Positions 1 through 12,582 of a stretch of DNA of 64,000 nucleotides are shown in pieces. Both the position numbers and the translations under genes were made by a program. Origin of the DNA: Octopus vulgaris (lineage: Eukaryota); contig OX597828.1 in assembly GCA_951406725.2 (NCBI GenBank), forward strand, positions 74,834,001-74,898,000. Reading direction: 5' to 3'. The notes below the pieces were generated by a model. The model was not told the DNA's origin. It ran no database searches and saw only the letters and a list, made by a program, of their open reading frames with translations. The number at the start of each line of letters is the position of its first letter. Positions within the stretch are counted from its first letter, which is position 1.

Positions 1-180
1 CCAGGAAAGCCCTGACTCCTCCCCCATCTACCAATCCTACAACATTTCCTGTTCCTTGGACCCACCTAGTTATATACTCCTGCCACTTCCACACAAACCC
101 ATGTGAAACCCCCTACTGTGTTCCTTCCGGTTGTCACCAATTCTGTGACACAGTTCTCAGGCCTTATGCTAACCTCCATC

Positions 181-540
181 TTTTACTTGTTTCAGTCATT
201 AGACTGTGGCCATGCTGGGGCACCACCCTAAAGGGTTTTAGTCAAACGAATCAACCCCAGTACATTTTAACCTATCACTTATTCTGTCTCTTTTTGCAAT
301 GCCACTTACTTATGGGATGTAAACAAACCAACACTGATTGCTAATCAGTGGAGAGGGACAAACACACACACCATGTTCACATAATGAGCTTCTTTCAGTT
401 TCTATCTATCTAATTCACTCACAGAGGATTGGGTGGCCCAGGGCTTTAGTAGAGGACACTTTCCCAAGGTGCCATGCAATGGGGTTGAACCTAGAACGAG
501 GTGGGTTGCAAAGCAAATTTCTTAGTCCCACACCCAAGCC
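181..540 (-). mobile_element. SINE family A, degenerate copy
   Basis: Reverse complement of the 1613-2008 element. Confidence 0.75.
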
Positions 541-1612
541 TATCCTTTATAGAAATTCTTACATAAAATTGTTCCATACCATAACCATCGCCTCTCTGTC
601 TCCAAGACTTTGCTGTTGTGACTTACAACTTTCGGTCAGCTCTGATCAAAGAGATCTATGAACAGAAGACATTCCATTTATAACCATTCCTTCTTATTTT
701 CAGGCATTTCTACAACTCTTTCAATCCAGTGTGTCCTTTGTCTTATGCAACAGTAGGATATGATTTGGGATGGATTTGGTTGCTACTTCTAGCAGACCAA
801 GTGACCATATAAAGGCTCTACCATTGATTTACCCAATGGTTATTTTGTCTGGCATTCTACCATTTCAGCAAATACTTGCTCTCATTAAACAGAATGCCAT
901 TTCCAAGGTTTCTTTGCGAAGTCAAGCAATGTCTGTACACACAGTCCCCACCCCTCCCACTCTGCTAGTCTTGCTTCCAGTCAGCTGGAATTCCTCCCAA
1001 TTTCCTTTGGGTGTGTTAGGACCCTATATTTGTAGAAATGCCCCATTAACCCAGCTTTCACGAGATCCTTTACATCTACAGATATATATATACATGTGTG
1101 TATATATACATGTGTGTATAGATAAGCAAGTTGAAGTCAGATTTTTCTATATGTGTGCATGTGTGTTTGTGTATGCATACATGTGTACATGTAGATATAT
1201 GAATGTATAGATATATGTGTATGAATATATGTATATAGATATATGTGTGTGTGAAATGCCTTGAATAAAATGACTCACAAAAGAATATGTATATATACAT
1301 ATTCACACATACACATATATACATACATGCACACACACACACACATCTTGGAGATTATTCTGTGTTTGTAGTGGCGATGTGGAGATAAATTGAACACAAA
1401 ATGCTAACAATAACTTTATTATATAGAAAAGGTGTATATAAGATAACTGATTTTATATACCCTGGTGCTGTCACAATCAGATTATATCAAAACCTGTCAT
1501 CTTAAAAAAACAAAATATTTTCTTTCTTTATTTGTAAAAATGTCCTACTTTTGAAATATAACATTATGCATACATGTGTGTATGGATGTCACCAGATGAA
1601 TATATATATATA

Positions 1613-2008
1613 GGCATAAGAGTGGCTGTGTGGTGAGAAGCTTGCTTCTCAACCACGTGGTTCTGGGTTCAGTCCCACTGCGTGGCACTTTGGGCAAGTG
1701 TCTTCTACTATAGGCTCGGGCCGACCAAATCCTTGTGAGTGGATTTGGTGGGTGGAAACTGAAAGAAGCCCGTATATGTGTGTGTGTGTGCGTATGTTTG
1801 TATGTCTATGTTTGTCCCCCACCACCACCACCACCATTGCTTGACATCCGATGTTGGTGTGTTTACGTATCTGTAACTTAGCCGTTTGGCAAAAGAGACC
1901 GATAGAATAAGTACTAAGGTTTCCAAAGAATAAGCCCTGGAGTCGATTTGTTCGACTAAAGGTGGTGCTCCAGCATGGCCGCAGTCAAATGACTGAAACA
2001 AGTAAAAT
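1613..2008 (+). mobile_element. tRNA-derived SINE family A, full length (over 15 copies or fragments in window)
   Basis: A box TGGCTGTGTGG, B box GGTTCAGTCC, CORE-like CTTTGGGCAAGTGTCTT, internal (TG)n, tail ...CAGCATGGCCGCAGTCAAATGACTGAAACAAGTAAAA. Confidence 0.85.
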
Positions 2009-2016
2009 AATAAAAA

Positions 2017-2056
<40 letters not shown>

Positions 2057-2173
2057 CATACATAATTTCATTATTATTATACACACACACACACACATAC
2101 TCCCATATATATATCAATTACACATATTGCGATGCTTTAAGCACAAGCAAATTACTTTTTTAAATATACATAA

Positions 2174-2234
<61 letters not shown>

Positions 2235-2394
2235 CTCATTCATTTCAGTCATTCTGTGTTATATATTAACATAACTAATGGTGTTATAAATGTGTTGCTA
2301 TCTTGACTCTGTATCTTTGATGAATTTTCCTTCTAGTTTATATTTATATATGCATAGACACACACACATATAAATTTACACATGTAGATATATA

Positions 2395-2430
<36 letters not shown>

Positions 2431-2976
2431 GTACATACGTATATACATACATGCATGCAGATAAATACATACTTGTGCATACATGGTTATTTTTATATGC
2501 ATGATGTGGTGTGGGAGGAAAATAAGGATGATGATGATGATGGTGATATAAAATGCCTGTTTTTATCCATTTTTCATTGAAAAAAAAAAGATTTCTTCTC
2601 GTGTTTATTCAATCCCTTTCATCTGTGTTAGGCAAAGCAGAGAAAAAATATTCCTAGTTTATCTTAAAAAAAAAAAAAAAAAGAGTTGAAAGGCAAATTG
2701 AAAAAGAGAAAAAAGATTAGTGAATTTTCTGTTTTTTGCAGTCATTTTTTCCTTCTTGCAATGAAGCTTAGATACTTTATGGGAAGGAAGAATTATTTTT
2801 ACAGCTGGATGCCTCTTGCGACTGCTAACCGCAAACAATGGCAATTGAATGATTTGGTTTTGTTCAGCCATGTAGACTGAAGTGTCTGTCTGTGAATAGT
2901 TCCGTCTCCATACACATCTGTTTATAGCTATTCCAACCAAATATAAATCTTGTATATTTATTTAATGATTCTACCA

Positions 2977-3385
2977 TCATTATTTTGGCAATATGATAAA
3001 GGGTATGCATTACTGATGAGGTCAGCATAAAACTGAAACCCATCTGGAATTATATGCATTTATTTAACCCTTTCACTGCAAAATTGAATTTCATGGTTAT
3101 TCCAGTAATGATGTTAAATGTCTCTCAAAGAATAGAATTGGTATTTTCTACAAGACATGTTGTCTCAATAAACATTGACATACCTCAGCAGAAAATAGTT
3201 TCAAACATGACATTCCTCAACCAAAGATAAATTGGTGTATAAAATGAAATTATAAGGGGATATATCTGCTTTCCACAGCCAATGGATTAGTGATTTTATT
3301 GTCATTATTTTTACAAATATGATGACGGTTGTGCTTTACTGATGAGGTCAGAGTAAAACTGAAACCTGTCTCGAATTATTTATTT
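2977..3385 (+). repeat. Two ~85 bp direct repeats, each with a degenerate hammerhead-like core
   Basis: CTGATGAGGTCAG..TAAAACTGAAACC..TC at 3013 and 3339 within matching flanks. Confidence 0.55.
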
Positions 3386-3442
3386 TGTTTCTTTCTTTTG
3401 AACACAAGCACATGCTCTTTTTCATTTTCACACACACACAAT

Positions 3443-3448
3443 CTCTCT

Positions 3449-3532
<84 letters not shown>

Positions 3533-3612
3533 TCTCTCTCCCTCTCTCTCTCCCTCTCTCTCCCTCTCTCCCTCTCTCTCTACCTCTCTCCCTCCCCCCT
3601 CTCTCTCTCCCT
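3443..3612. repeat. (CT)n microsatellite
   Basis: Direct inspection. Confidence 0.95.
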
Positions 3613-3873
3613 CCAAAACACATGCAAACACCCACCCACACACCCACACACTATCGATGTCAACTCAGAGAAGAAAGAATATGCCCCATGCCTCTAAATA
3701 AGCCACAAAACCAAAGATGACTTCATACTTTAGTTGATGGTTTTCAGCTTTTACCTCAGCAGTTATATAATTGTCTCCTCTCGGTTAAATGCCATGCAGA
3801 ATCATGATAATTTAACAATAATGCCTTTGTTGAAATTAAGCCTTGATTTTGATTTTAATTTTATTTTCTGCAG

Positions 3874-3916
3874 GTGCTGGTGAATCTGGAAAGAGTACAA
3901 TTGTAAAACAGATGAA
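3874..3916 (+). CDS. GNAI: G protein alpha-i subunit, coding exon 2 (P-loop); exon 1 not in window
   Basis: ttttctgcag|GTGCTGG...GATGAA|gtaagt; 43 bp; encodes (G)AGESGKSTIVKQMK; same size and phase as vertebrate GNAI exon 2. Confidence 0.96.
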
Positions 3917-4597
3917 GTAAGTACTGCTTATATCCATTACGTATTGGTCGACCAGATTGAAAGGCCTGAAGGCAGTTTCCTTCCCCTTTGGCTAAGCCCT
4001 CTTCAGCTTTTTCAAGTTTCACTTGAAATGGAAAATAAGGGTGGAGAGGGAAGTTCTGTCCCCTGCCCCAAAGCAATTTTGTTGAAAGGTGGGTGAATGT
4101 TGCAAGAATGGCCAGAGTGAATGGGTCTACTCTTATCCTGGTGGTGAGGACTGTTGTGGATTGGTGGGGTTTCCACAAGCAGTCCGAGGAGGATTCCCTC
4201 TTTTGAGGAATTTTATTGTTATATTTGATTATTATTTTTGTTTTTCATTGATTGCACAACTTTCATGTAACCCCAAATTGTATCTGTCCTGTCTTGTCCC
4301 TAATTTTTTTTTATGTAAACCCTTTGTGTTTAATAAAGAAATCATTATTATTATTATGGCTGTGAGCTGGCAAAATTGTTACTGCGCCAGTCAAAATGCT
4401 AACCAGCAATTCCTCCAATCTTACATTCTGAGTTCAAATTCTGCCCGGCTCGACTTTGCCTCTCATCCCTTTGAGGTTGATAAAATATGCACCAGTTGAA
4501 CACTGGGGTCATTGTAAATGACTTACCCCTTCCACCAAAACTGCTGGCCTTGTGCTAAAATTTAAAACCATTATTATTATTATTATTATTATTATTG

Positions 4598-4628
<31 letters not shown>

Positions 4629-5029
4629 CATCATTGTCATTATTGTTGTTGCTGTTGTTGTTGTGATGATGAACAGAGTGTTCAGTTCCACCCCTAGGCA
4701 TTTCATTGTTCCATGTTGGACACCAATTTCTAGGAATGCTTTACAATTAAGATAACTATTATTGTGTCTGAGCAATTAATTGGCCAATTAATTTTAGATT
4801 TACTAATAATTGTCTCTCTTGCTTAATTATAATTTAGGTTCTGTAGGGTTAATAAGTATTACATCAGAATAACACAAACACACATCTGTACACACACACA
4901 CACACATACACACACACACACACACATAATCCACATATGTTACGTTGTTATTTTTATATGTACACACATTCTCTCTCCCCCTCTCTCACACACACACACA
5001 CACATATTCGCACACACATAAATGCACGT

Positions 5030-5404
5030 ATGGCTGTGTGGTAAGAAGCTTGCTTCCCAACCACATGATTCTGAGTTCAGTCCCTCTGCATGACACCTTG
5101 GGCAAGTGTCTTCTACTTTAGCCCTGGGCTGACCAAAGCCTTGTGAGTGGATTTGGTAGACGGAATCTGAAAGAAGCCCATTATGTATGTGTGTGTATAT
5201 ATATATTTTTCTTTTATTCTTTTGACTGTGGCCATGCTGGAGCACCACCGTTAGTCAAGCAAATCAACCCCAGGACTTATTCTTTGCAAGCCTAGTACTT
5301 ATTCTATTGGTCTCTTTTGCCAAACCGCTAGGTTACGGGAACGTAGGCACACCAGCATTGGTTGTCAAGCAATGTTGGGGGGACAAACACCGACACACAA
5401 TAAT

Positions 5405-5455
<51 letters not shown>

Positions 5456-5828
5456 ATAGGCTTCTTTCAGTTTCCGTCTGCCAAATCCACTCGCAAGGCT
5501 TTGTTCGGCCCGTGGCTATAGTAGAAGACACTTGCCCAATGTGCCATGCAGTGGGACTGAATCCAGAACCATGTGGTTGGTAAGCAAGCTACTTACCACA
5601 CAGCCTCTCAATAATGTCTATATGTATAATATGTGTGTGTGTGTGTTTATGTCTTTGCTCCTTCACTGCTTGACAGCCAGCCTCAGTTTGTTTCTGTCCC
5701 TGTAACTTAACTGTTCAACAAAAGACACCAACAAAATAAGTAGCAGGCTTTCGATTTCTTTGACTAAAACCCCTTCAAGGTGGTGCCCCAGCATGGCCAC
5801 AGTCTAATGACTGAAACAAGAGAAACAG
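5030..5828. mobile_element. Family A (+) copy interrupted by a family A (-) copy at about 5210-5604
   Basis: 5' half 5030-5182, antisense full copy, then 3' half 5640-5828. Confidence 0.75.
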
Positions 5829-5985
5829 CAAAAAATATCATTACATTTTTTTTCTTTCATATGGACCCACACACACACATACACACGCACAGACACACAC
5901 ATATACACACACAGACACATGCATATACACACACACACACTCATGCACACTCACAAACACACACACACACATATGTGCACACATG

Positions 5986-6020
<35 letters not shown>

Positions 6021-6187
6021 ATATATTAGCTTTATAACATGTTCTGTTTTGTTGTTGCTTTTTTCCTACGTACACACCCACACACACACACACACACATA
6101 CACACAATTTTGTCAGGGTGTAGCGTCTCTTTGTTTAGTTTCACATGCTATCCAGTACTTTTGCCTCAGTCTGGCTAAGGTCACACA

Positions 6188-6233
<46 letters not shown>

Positions 6234-6444
6234 ATTACATAACAGCAATGCAGTGAGTGGCCTTTATCAAATACCATTCCAACAGAAATAGTAGATACAT
6301 GTGCCACTCCCTCCCTTTCTCCTTTTGTCTCTTGAATTTTTTCCTCCCTCCTCTCCCCCCTCCCTCCCCCTACATCTGTTGTTATGACATCAATTATAGA
6401 CGACAATTATTTGTTATTGGCACTAAAATCAAAACAAAATCTTA

Positions 6445-7022
6445 ACTGACATGTTTATTCCAACTACATGTTAACTACATGTTAACTACATGTCAACTAC
6501 ATGTTAAGTAACATGTATATTTCTAACTACATGTTAGCTAACATTGTCATCATTACTACCATGTAATTTAATATATCATAACCATGTATTAACTCACACA
6601 TTTATTATTTCATGTTAACGAAGGTGGCAAGCTGGCAGAATCGTTAACACACCTGGTGAAATGCTTAGCTGTATGTTGTCTGTTTTTATGTTCTGAGTTC
6701 AAATTCTGCCGAGGTCGACTTTGCCTGTCATCCTTTCAGGGTCGATTAAATAGGTACCAGTTATATACTGGGGTCGATGTAATCAACTTAATCCCTTCCC
6801 CCAAATTTCAGGCCTTGTGCCAACAGTAGAAAAGATTATTCCATGTTAACCATCATATTCATGTTAACCAAATGTTAACTGCCATGTTTACTATAACATG
6901 TTAACTAGCATTTTTATTATAACTATATGTTAATTAGCATGTTTATTATTACTTTGTGTTAACATGTTTATTATAACCACTTGTTAACTAAATGTTAATT
7001 ATAACTATAAGTTAACTACATG
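6445..7022. repeat. Degenerate 11-mer minisatellite (CATGTTAACTA)n split by a SINE
   Basis: Direct inspection. Confidence 0.8.
6621..6840 (+). mobile_element. tRNA-derived SINE family B (about 220 bp, (ATT)n tail; about 20 copies in window)
   Basis: GGTGGCAAGCTGGCAGAATCGTTA...GAGTTCAAATTC...GAGGTCGACTTTGCC...CTGGGGTCGATGTAATC...GGCCTTGTGCC; flanked by CATGTTAAC on both sides. Confidence 0.85.
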
Positions 7023-7325
7023 AGCCAATGTGATGGACACATTAAATAATGTAGTCTTAGATATACTGGAAAAAATAGGAGAGATGGTCATGGTTAGATT
7101 GCTTTTACTCATAGATTGATTGTATGAGTCTTGGACCTGGATTTTGTACTCTTTTTTAAATATTTGTTCTTCTTTAAAAATGCTTGTACTCTTTCCCCTT
7201 CTAATCCTCAGAGTCATCTGGCTATTTCTGGAAGTGAGGTCAGCTGACCTAATCAGATGATTATAGATTCCAAGCCAGAAAGAGACAGAAAAAGACCAGT
7301 GGCTATATCGAATCATTAATATCAC

Positions 7326-7561
7326 ATGACCAGTATTTCTGTCGGTCAGTTAATAATAGAACAAATTACAGAAAAATAGAGGGCGGTCAGATGGTATTAA
7401 TTAATAAATATACTTAAATTGATTACAAATGACCAGCGATTTCTTTGGTCAGTTATAAATAGTACTAAGTGCAGAGAAAGAGAGGGAGGAGCAGATGACA
7501 TTAATTAATAAAAAATAGCTAATTTAATTATAAATGCCCTGCTATTTCTGTTGGTCAGTTA
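7326..7561. repeat. About 104 bp tandem repeat, about 2.3 units
   Basis: ATGACCAG.ATTTCT..GGTCAGTT-like motif at 7326, 7429 and 7534. Confidence 0.75.
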
Positions 7562-7734
7562 GAATGACCTGTTATATGTGTTGGACAGTTATAGAAAATG
7601 AAATTGAAAGCCATGCACCAATATTTATTTATGGTAAAACTAAAACCCAGAATCTGGTAAAGGTGTGTAGCAGCAAGTCGTTATAGGTCACTATTCTGTA
7701 GAAGTACCTTTGTCCAAAATATCAAATTCTTTTG

Positions 7735-8100
7735 TTACCTCCACCTTAGCGAAGGCAGAGGTATTGTTTTCAGTTGTGTTTGTTTGTTTGTCTGTGGATA
7801 AGATATCTTAGAAACCACTGGATGGATTCAGATGAAACTTTCAGGGATGTTTGGCCCTGTGACTGGCACAATCTGATTAGATTTTGGGATTGATCCAATA
7901 CTGGACAAGGATTCTAGATTATTTTTCCGTTTTTTTTTACTTAATTTTTGAGAGTGGTCAGGTTCATTTTTAGTATTCTTGTTTGTGAGAGCAATCTAGT
8001 TTATTTCAGATATTCTCGTTTTAAAAATCATCTCCAGCTAATTGTTGAGCAGACATTGGTGTTGCCTTGGCGAAGGTTTGCGCTCTCTGAATGCTCTTGT
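7735..8100 (+). mobile_element. Non-autonomous Helentron/DINE-like element
   Basis: 5' hairpin ACCTCCACCTTAGCGAAGGCAGAGGT, (TGTT)n tract, 3' subterminal CCTTGGCGAAGGT and short 3' stem; second copy at 36044-37097. Confidence 0.6.
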
Positions 8101-8369
8101 CCTTCATTGCAGCCAAACTTACTGGCAACCAGAAACCCTCATAGATTTTCTATTTGATATTGTGAAATCTTTCAGCATTTGAATTAATTGTATCCAGCCC
8201 AAATTCTATCTGATGTATCCTTGATCCAACCAAATCTGATTAAAATCAATCCAAATCTGACCATCCTTCTCTTTCTAGTGGTTATCTAAGCTTTATATCA
8301 TCTAGTTTATGTTTTTTGTTTGTGTTTTTTTTTTTTTTTGTTTTCTTCACTTTAAGACAGTGACCATCT

Positions 8370-8671
8370 GAACATGGCTGATACCAGTAACCCCTGACTG
8401 GCTCCTGTGCCGATGGGGCACATATAAAGAACTATCTGAATGTGATTGATGCCAGGCCCACCAAGCTGGCTCCTGTGCCAGTGGCACGTAAAAAACACCC
8501 ACTACACTCTCGGAGTGGTTGGCATTAGGAAAGGCATCCAGCTGTAGAAACTCTGCCAGATCAAGATCGGAGCCTGGTGCAGCCTCTTGGCTTTCCAGAC
8601 CTCAGTCAAACCGTCCAACCCATGCCAGCATTGAAAATGGACGGTAAATGACGATGACGATGATGATGATG
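8370..8671 (+). mobile_element. SINE-like family C with (GAT)n tail (about 15 copies, mostly 5' truncated)
   Basis: GGAGTGGTTGGCATTAGGAAGGGCATCCAGCTGTAGAAA...CCAACCCATGCCAGCATGGAAAA..GACGTTAAA(GAT)n; copies at about 10895, 19218, 22320, 26850, 37455, 43470, 49070, 49455, 50690, 53305, 55040, 56232, 56695. Confidence 0.8.
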
Positions 8672-9299
8672 AATGTAAAGCAGTAAGTTGGTGGAATGGT
8701 TAGCATTGTCGGACAGACTGCTTGACAGCATGCCTTCTGGTTCCCTCACATTCTGAGTTCAAACCCTGCCAAAATCAACTTAGTCTTTTGTCCCTTTGGG
8801 TGGGTGGGGGATGTCAATAGAATAAAGGGCCAATCAAGTACTGGGGTTGCTTTAATCAACTTGTCCCCTCCCATCAAAATTGCTGGCCTTGTACCCCACA
8901 ACAAACCAGTGTCCCCTTCAGGGAGTAAATGTTACGATGTCAGTCACTTATGCACCACAAAAACTGGGTCACTGGGCCTTATGAGTCATAGGGCTCAAGA
9001 AATAGAAGGAAAGGAGTGGAGTGTGACTGGAGGGACGTGTAGCTGGTATTTCTAGCATGTTCAACAGCTGTCTATACGTCCCCTTGTCTCTCTCTCTCTC
9101 TCGGCCTATCCTTCCTTCGAAATGTCAAACCAAAGAATTCAATTCACTAATAGTTTTGCCATTAGTAAACCCCCGTTACCATTTGACATTAAGGAGGGGA
9201 TTAGAGGGAACACAGCCAGGCTGAAAGACACACAGACAGACAGACTGACAAACAGATGGACGACAGACAGACACATAAGTTGAAATTCTCAGTTAATGC

Positions 9300-9337
9300 C
9301 TGGAACAAACACACACACACACGCGTACATATGTACC

Positions 9338-9371
<34 letters not shown>

Positions 9372-9407
9372 CATACACACATATACATAAACACACACAT
9401 ATATATG

Positions 9408-9439
<32 letters not shown>

Positions 9440-9804
9440 ACATACATAAACACACACATACATATGTGCATATATATATATATATATATATATTTATACA
9501 CACACACATACATAAACGCATACATATATATATATATATATATAATGTGTATATATGTATATATGTAAAAGTATGCACACACACATACTTGTTAATATTA
9601 ATGTTGCCTAATTTAATTAGCTAATTCGTTGGTCGAAAATAGTTCTGCCTGTAAATTAGGGGTTTATTGAGTTGGTGTGCAGTGTTTTCTTATTTTACTT
9701 TGCATTTTTTGATCATGTGTGTGTGTGTGTGTATGTGTGTGTTTTGTCGAGGGGTATATATGTTTCATTGGGTGTGTGTTTGCGTATGTTTTCTTAGATC
9801 GTTA

Positions 9805-9842
<38 letters not shown>

Positions 9843-10075
9843 TTCTGATGGTGTGTGTGTGTCTGTTTGGGTTGGTTGCTGTGTATTTCTTTTCTTCAAT
9901 CAGTGTATCTCTATCAAGATTGGTTTGTGTAGAAGTGTGTGTGTGCATATCTGTTTTGTTGTGTGTATGTGTGTGTGTGAGTGTCTGTTCAGTTATGTGT
10001 GTGTGCGTGTGTGTCTGTTCAGTTATGTATGTGTGTGTGTGTGTGTCTGTTCAGCTGGGAGTGTGTGTGTGTGTT
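9300..10075. repeat. Compound (CA)/(TA)/(TG) microsatellite block
   Basis: Direct inspection; similar blocks at 1080-1345, 2020-2430, 5870-6230, 41670-41820, 52010-52310. Confidence 0.9.
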
Positions 10076-11994
10076 GCTATAGATATTAGCCAACCTGTCA
10101 ACCCAAAAGTGATTATGGACCATTACTTCAGCTATTTTCACCCCACCCTATCACACACTCCTACCCCACCACCCTACATTCCTTTTTTTTCCCCTCCATA
10201 AGTCTTTACTGCCACCTAATTCTCTCTCTCTCTCTCTCTCTCTCTGCTATGCTCTTTCTCTCTACCACACCCACACATCCTCTCCCCTCTCTCTATCACA
10301 TACACAAACACTCTTTCTCTCTATCATATATACACACACATTCTATCTCTCTCTCTCCCTCTCTTTACCTCTCTCCCTATATTCTCTCTCAGATCTCTCC
10401 ATCATTCCCTCTCCATTTCTCTCCATTCCTCTGTCTTGTGTTCTTTGCATCTTCTCCATCCTCTCCTTCTCTCTCCCAAGTCTCTTCAGTTTTCCATTCT
10501 CACAAAACAGAATCAATTCAAGCCTAAATATTTCAATCCCCTTATTGACCCTTTTTCTCATCACAAGATCCAAAACAAGGTGTTTGCCTTCTGATTGTAG
10601 CAATGGTCGGGGTTTGTGGTCATTGCCTTCTTCCCCCCTCTCTCTCCTTTTCCTCTCCTTTATCTCCCCCCCTCTCTCACACACAGATGCATATACACAT
10701 ACAGGCGTGGCTGTGTGGTATGAAGTTTGCTTCCCAACCACACAGTTCTAGGTTCAATACCACTAGTATAACCTCGAGTTGACCAGAGCATTGTGAGTGG
10801 ATTTGGTAGACAAACTGAAAGAAGCCCATTGTATATAATATATGTATATTATACACACACCACACAGATATATATATATATATATATATGATGATCATCA
10901 TCATCGTTTAACGTCCATCTTCCATGCATGCATGGGTAGTATGGTTGACAAGAGCTGGCCAGGTAGAAAATCTACCTTAGGCTACTGTGTTTGGTATGAC
11001 TGGATGCCCTTCCTAACACTGAGTGGACTCCATGCTTTTTACGTGACACTAGCACAGGTGAGGTTAGTTTTGGCATAATTTTTACAGCTGGATGCCCTTC
11101 CAGATGCCAACCACATTACAGTGTGGACTGGATGCTTTTAACATGGCACCAGTGCTGGCAGGGTAACCAAGTAACTCGTAAGACAAGGAATTATGAGAGG
11201 GACAGGGGCATTTGAGGTGGTGGGGGGAACTTGTGTCAGAGGATGATAGGTTAGAGTGTGACAAACAGACAGACAGAAGCAGGTGTCTTTCCACAACAGA
11301 GGTGCCATTAGAGGAGGTAATCCAGTATCAAATGATGAACAGTTAGTCTGTGTATGTGTGTCTATGTTTACCTCCCGCCACTATTTGACAACCGGTGTTT
11401 GTGTGTTTACGTCCTTGTAACTTGGCAGTTCGGCAAAGGAGAGCAATAGAGTGAGTACCAAAAAAAAAGACAGTGCTGGGGGTGAGTCATTCAACTAAAA
11501 TTCTTTGAGTCTGTGCCCCAGCATGGCCACAGTCTGATGGTTGAAACAAGTAAAAGAATTTTAAAAATACATCAGGAAATATACCAACTCCGTCAGATAT
11601 CTTTTCTGTAAGATTAAGTTCCGTCCTTTTTCCTTGTGATGGTGTTTGGTCTGAGGAAATGTGAGGAACTCCTTTTTTGGCTAACATTTCAGGAATCTCA
11701 GAATAAGGAATTAACAACAACAACAAACAACAATCATAATAATGATAATAATAATAAAAATAATAAACTCTAGTATTTAAAAAATTTTGGTTGACTTATT
11801 ATTCCACCCATTGAAGAATGTTCTAGTTGGGTGGTTCCGTTTAATAAAAATTTTGGTTAATGTTGATGGTGGAATGGAATGGAAGTGTCACTGAAAATGA
11901 AAAAAAGCTTCTCTATGTTTTGTTAGCGTATTAGAAATAGCAGCTAAGTCTCCCTCAAATTATATTGTATTGGTTTTGGTAAGACAAATGCAGG

Positions 11995-12528
11995 CTGCAG
12001 GTATAGCTCTGTGGTAAGCAGTTTGTTTCCCAACCACATGGTTCTGGGCTGACCATTGTGTGTGGGCAAGTGTCCCTGGACTGACCAAAGCCTTTTGAGT
12101 GGATTTGGTAGACAGAAAACTGAAAGAAGACCACTATGTATACAGGCATAGGTGTGGCTGTGTGGTAAGTAGCTTGCTTACCAACCACATGGTTCTGCGT
12201 TCAGTCCCACTGCGTGACTCTTTGGGCAAGTGTCTTCTACTATAGCCTCAGGTCGACCAAAGCCTTGTGAGTGGATTTGGAAACTGAAAGAAGCCCGTCG
12301 TATATATATATAAATACATAAACATATGTACGTGTGTGTGTGTGTGTTTGTGTGTCTGTGTTTGTCCCCTGATCATCGCTTGACAACCGATGGTGGTGTG
12401 TCTATGTCCCCAAAAGAGACCAATAGAATAAGTACTGGGCTTAAAAAGAATAAGTCTTGGGGTCAGTTTGTTTGACTAAAGGCAGTGCTCCAGCATGGCC
12501 ACAGTCAAATGACTGAAACAAATAAAAG
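11995..12528 (+). mobile_element. Family A: truncated head followed by full copy (12145-12528)
   Basis: Same A/B boxes, core and tail. Confidence 0.8.
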
Positions 12529-12530
12529 GA

Positions 12531-12582
<52 letters not shown>

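Noticed and set aside
1613-1690. tRNA genes at A/B-box motifs
   Set aside because: They are SINE heads: no complete cloverleaf or acceptor stem, and always followed by the same body
1-3873. G alpha-i exon 1 (MGC...KLLLL)
   Set aside because: Not found; presumably upstream of the window
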